Part shown: positions 60,913 to 64,000 of the stretch, piece by piece
Position numbering within the stretch: the first letter of the stretch is position 1
How the letters are laid out: every line of letters starts with the position of its first letter
DNA from: Octopus sinensis
Taxonomy: Eukaryota
Assembly: GCF_006345805.1 (NCBI RefSeq)
Contig: NC_042998.1
Span: forward strand, 204,724,001 to 204,788,000
Length of the DNA stretch: 64,000 nucleotides
Direction of reading: 5' to 3'
The notes under the pieces: generated by a model
Database searches by the model: none
What the model saw: the letters and a program-made list of their open reading frames with translations, nothing else
Told to the model about the DNA's origin: nothing
Translations under genes and position numbers: made by a program

Positions 60913-61257
60913 GTTCAAGAAGACCATTCCGGCTTCTCCAAGCACTATGAACCAGTGTGTCGAAGATGTTTCAAGTTACCTCATCAGTCTCTCACTTCAA
61001 GATCTGCCAAATCTCCACATGAATCTTTTACTCCAAGACGTCCATTGAAAGAAAACTTCAAAGAGAATGTCACACCACTTCTGGAACATTCAACTGCAGA
61101 GATACCAGTTGTTACTAAACCATCACCTCTGGTACCTAAGGTTACTAAACCATTGGATCCAGCTCCTGTTCCTGCTCAAGACGAGACATTTAGCCCACCA
61201 CCATTGGCTAACTTCAAAACTACTGTAAATAGAAACAAATTATTCAGTAGTCCATAA
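60913..61257 (+). CDS. TK1: TK1-like exon 7 (VQEDHSGFSKHYEPVCRRCFK... Pro-rich tail, stop)
   Basis: ttccag acceptor; YxxVCRxC second Zn pair; frame open to TAA at 61255-61257. Confidence 0.9.
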   Translation, partial: VQEDHSGFSKHYEPVCRRCFKLPHQSLTSRSAKSPHESFTPRRPLKENFKENVTPLLEHSTAEIPVVTKPSPLVPKVTKPLDPAPVPAQDETFSPPPLANFKTTVNRNKLFSSP

Positions 61258-61261
61258 ATGA

Positions 61262-61405
61262 CTGAATATTTTCGTTAAGGTATCCCTTAAATATTTTCGC
61301 TAGGGTATCCCCTGAATATTTTCAATGGGGTATACCCTGAATATTTTCCTGATGATGATGGTATCCCCTGAATATTTTTGTTAAGGTATGCCCTGAATAT
61401 TTTTC
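61262..61405 (+). repeat. 25-nt tandem repeat (about 5.5 units) at the start of the TK1-like 3' UTR
   Basis: consensus CTGAATATTTTCGTTAAGGTATCCC. Confidence 0.85.
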
Positions 61406-61972
61406 TTGCTATTATACTCCTAATTTTAAACCATTGCACCGTTCAACATTTTCACACACACACACACACACACACAAAATTGATTATATTTATGGAAGAA
61501 AAGAAAATTCCTTGTATCTTGGGAGGGTCATTATGGGAATAAGAACCATACATTGGTTCTCTTTCATTTCTGTTATTAGTCAACCAATTAACTAAATGAT
61601 TGGTAACTAATATCCATGTTTCACAACGACCGGGAGCTACCATATCTCTCTTGTATTACTCTATCCAGCTTCCAAATTTGTCCCCAAAATTAATGATTTT
61701 TTTTCATTTTCCTTTATTGTTAAAAGGGTATTTTATGTTGCAAGGGTTTCCAAAAAAATCCAAGATAATCTAATATAGTACCCTATATTGCTATATATCG
61801 GTCTGTCTATCTATCTATATATACACACCCAGTTAAATATATATATCGGTCTGTTTATCTATCTATCTATACACACACGCGCACCCAGTTAAATATGATT
61901 TAGATAGAAACGTAAAATGCTAGGCAAAGCTTGTCCATAGTTATTGGCCACCTAATGTCATTGTACAGTGTA

Positions 61973-61978
61973 AATAAA
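61973..61978 (+). terminator. candidate polyadenylation signal AATAAA for the TK1-like gene
   Basis: AATAAA about 715 nt after the stop, upstream of the next repeat block. Confidence 0.4.
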
Positions 61979-62239
61979 AAATGTTCATTCCATTTTCTAT
62001 CATTTATCTATCTACACTATATGCACATATATACACACGTTTTTATGTGAAGCCATATGTATCAACGATTAACCATTAAACTGAAGGGGTCTGGAAAGCC
62101 AGAAGCCTGGTGCAGCCTTCTGGCTTCCAGTTGAACCGTCCAACCCATGCTAGCATGGAAAGCGGACGTTAAATGATGATGATGATGATGATACTCAATA
62201 TTTTTGAGTAGAACACATACTTATTAAGTCTTATAAGTT

Positions 62240-64000
62240 AAAGGATGGCAGTCATCATGACTTCAAGGTTTTGCCATGATCCACTGCTGCATTGTGTCCA
62301 GGTCTGCTTGCAATAGAGATCTATCGTGTACAGGATCTGACCTCTTTATTTCGAGGTACAGCTTGATGTCATCTGCATATTTCAGCACTGTGGCATTCTT
62401 TAAGTTGGCATCTATGTCATTAACATATGCAACAGATAAAAGGGGCCAAGAACAGATCCCTGTGGTTCACCAGATGTCATCTCATAGGGTGAAGAATGCT
62501 GTCCTAGAACTGTGACAACCTCTTTTTGGCAGAAAATAAAGGACTTCATCCAGTTATAGAGATCGTCTCTTACGCCCAACGCAGAGAGCTTCACCATAAG
62601 TCTTTTGTGTGGCACAGAATTAAAAGCCTTAGCAAAGTCCAGGTAAACAACATCCACCTAGAAACCGCGATCAGTGATTTGGGTAATGTCCTCAAGAAAC
62701 TTGATGAGTTGATTACAGCAGCTGGAGTTAGGAATAAATCCAAATTGTGACGGCTGGATGAGGCTGTGAGACTTCCAGAAGTTCCAGAGGGTTTCTCTGA
62801 TACAGGATTCCATCAGTTTCGCGATGCAGCTAGTAAGACTGACGGGGCGATAGTTGACAGGCGATGTGCGGTCACCTTTTTTGAACAGAGGGATAACACT
62901 GGCAGTTTTCCACTGCTCTGGAGTAACACCATTGTCAAGACAGAATTGGAAGAATAGAGAAAGTTAGCCTAGAAGAAAGTACCCACCGCATTTGAGAAGT
63001 AGGTATGTAACACCATCGAAACCAGGAGAGGCATAATTGCGTTTATTCTTAAGGTAGCGTTGTAGAATTGCTGGTGTAAATTGCATAGTAGATATAGAGT
63101 CCGGTGTCAGTGGTGATGAAGATGGAACATTTTGGTCTTCGACAGTAAAGATGCCTGCATAGCATCCAGCAATGATTTCTGCACATTCTTTGGGATTGCC
63201 AGTAATCTGTCCTGTGTGGGAATTGCGAAGGGGACCAACTGGAGAGTGAGGTCTCTGCTTTGAGTGCACATACTTCCAGAACACTTTGCTGTCAGGGTTG
63301 GTTGCAATGCGTTGTTCGAATTCAAGCGCTGCCTTTTTTGTCACCTGCTTGAGGTAGTTGGCTGATCTATTGCGCTTTTTCCTGTTGCTCTCTGATTTGT
63401 GCAATTTGTATTCCTGTTCAGCATTACGGCGTCCTTTCCTGGCAAGTCGGACTGCTGCAGTCTCCCAAATTGCACTATTGGGTGGGTTTTTTGTGCTTGC
63501 ATGGTACTGATGCTGCACATGCCGCCCTTATTGAATTCAGAATGTTCTGAAGTATAGTGTTCACATCTCCAGAGGCATAAAATTCGAGCCAGTTTGGGCG
63601 TTGCAGGTCAGTACAATAAGAGCTCCAGTTTGCTTTATTCCAGTCAAAGCGGGCAGTTTGAAGATGGTTGTGGTTTTTGTTACAACTAATCAGAGACAAG
63701 TCAGCCATGATCATGGAATGATCAGAGTCACCTAAAGGTTCTTCAGTAGTGACACTGATAATTGTTTCAGGAGAAGCGGTAAGTAGCAGATCCAAAGTGT
63801 TGTTACCCCTTGTGGGGGAGGTAACGACTTGGGACCAATTTGAATTCAGCACCAGTTCAAGGAAATCATCTGCACTTTGCGGCCAACGGAAGGCCTCCCA
63901 GTCAATCTCAGGGAAATTGAAGTCCCCCGCAACATAAACATAAGTGGCTGTTTTCATGGCAGCAGCTCTGAGGATATAAAAAAGCTGTGCGTCTTGACGA
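62240..64000 (-). mobile_element. degenerate CR1-like LINE (APE endonuclease and RT), runs off window end
   Basis: GDFNFPEIDW, PTRGNNTLDLLL, SDH (APE); YLDFAKAFNSVPH, PQGSVLGP, YADD (RT); broken into several frames. Confidence 0.85.

Overview
AT-rich, repeat-dense animal DNA; the SINE/LINE/microsatellite content resembles an octopus (inference, no database check). Two spliced genes could be reconstructed by hand. They are head-to-head with only 313 bp between their ATGs. (1) CCDC96/CFAP184, a ciliary coiled-coil DUF4201 protein: minus strand, 12 coding exons from 48985 to 16468, about 611 aa. (2) A thymidine-kinase-1-like gene: plus strand, 7 exons from 49299 to 61257, 266 aa. Its frame, splice sites, Walker A Lys, Walker B Asp and four Zn cysteines are intact. 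The catalytic DEGQF motif reads DDGHC and most thymidine-contact motifs are altered, so it is a candidate pseudo-enzyme or re-specified kinase. It also carries a D-box/KEN/CDK-site tail. An intronless, 3'-truncated NASP-like ORF sits antisense in CCDC96 intron 3. Several type I hammerhead ribozyme motifs are present: a complete one at 9224-9319, one inside a tRNA-headed SINE that forms a head-to-head palindrome, and decayed copies. The rest is a tandem array of Helitron-like non-autonomous elements, a young RTE LINE plus many 3' fragments with a stem-loop VNTR, a decayed CR1-like LINE, Penelope-like remnants, MITE and fold-back hairpins, and microsatellites. Repeat boundaries are approximate; exon boundaries were checked for GT-AG and phase.
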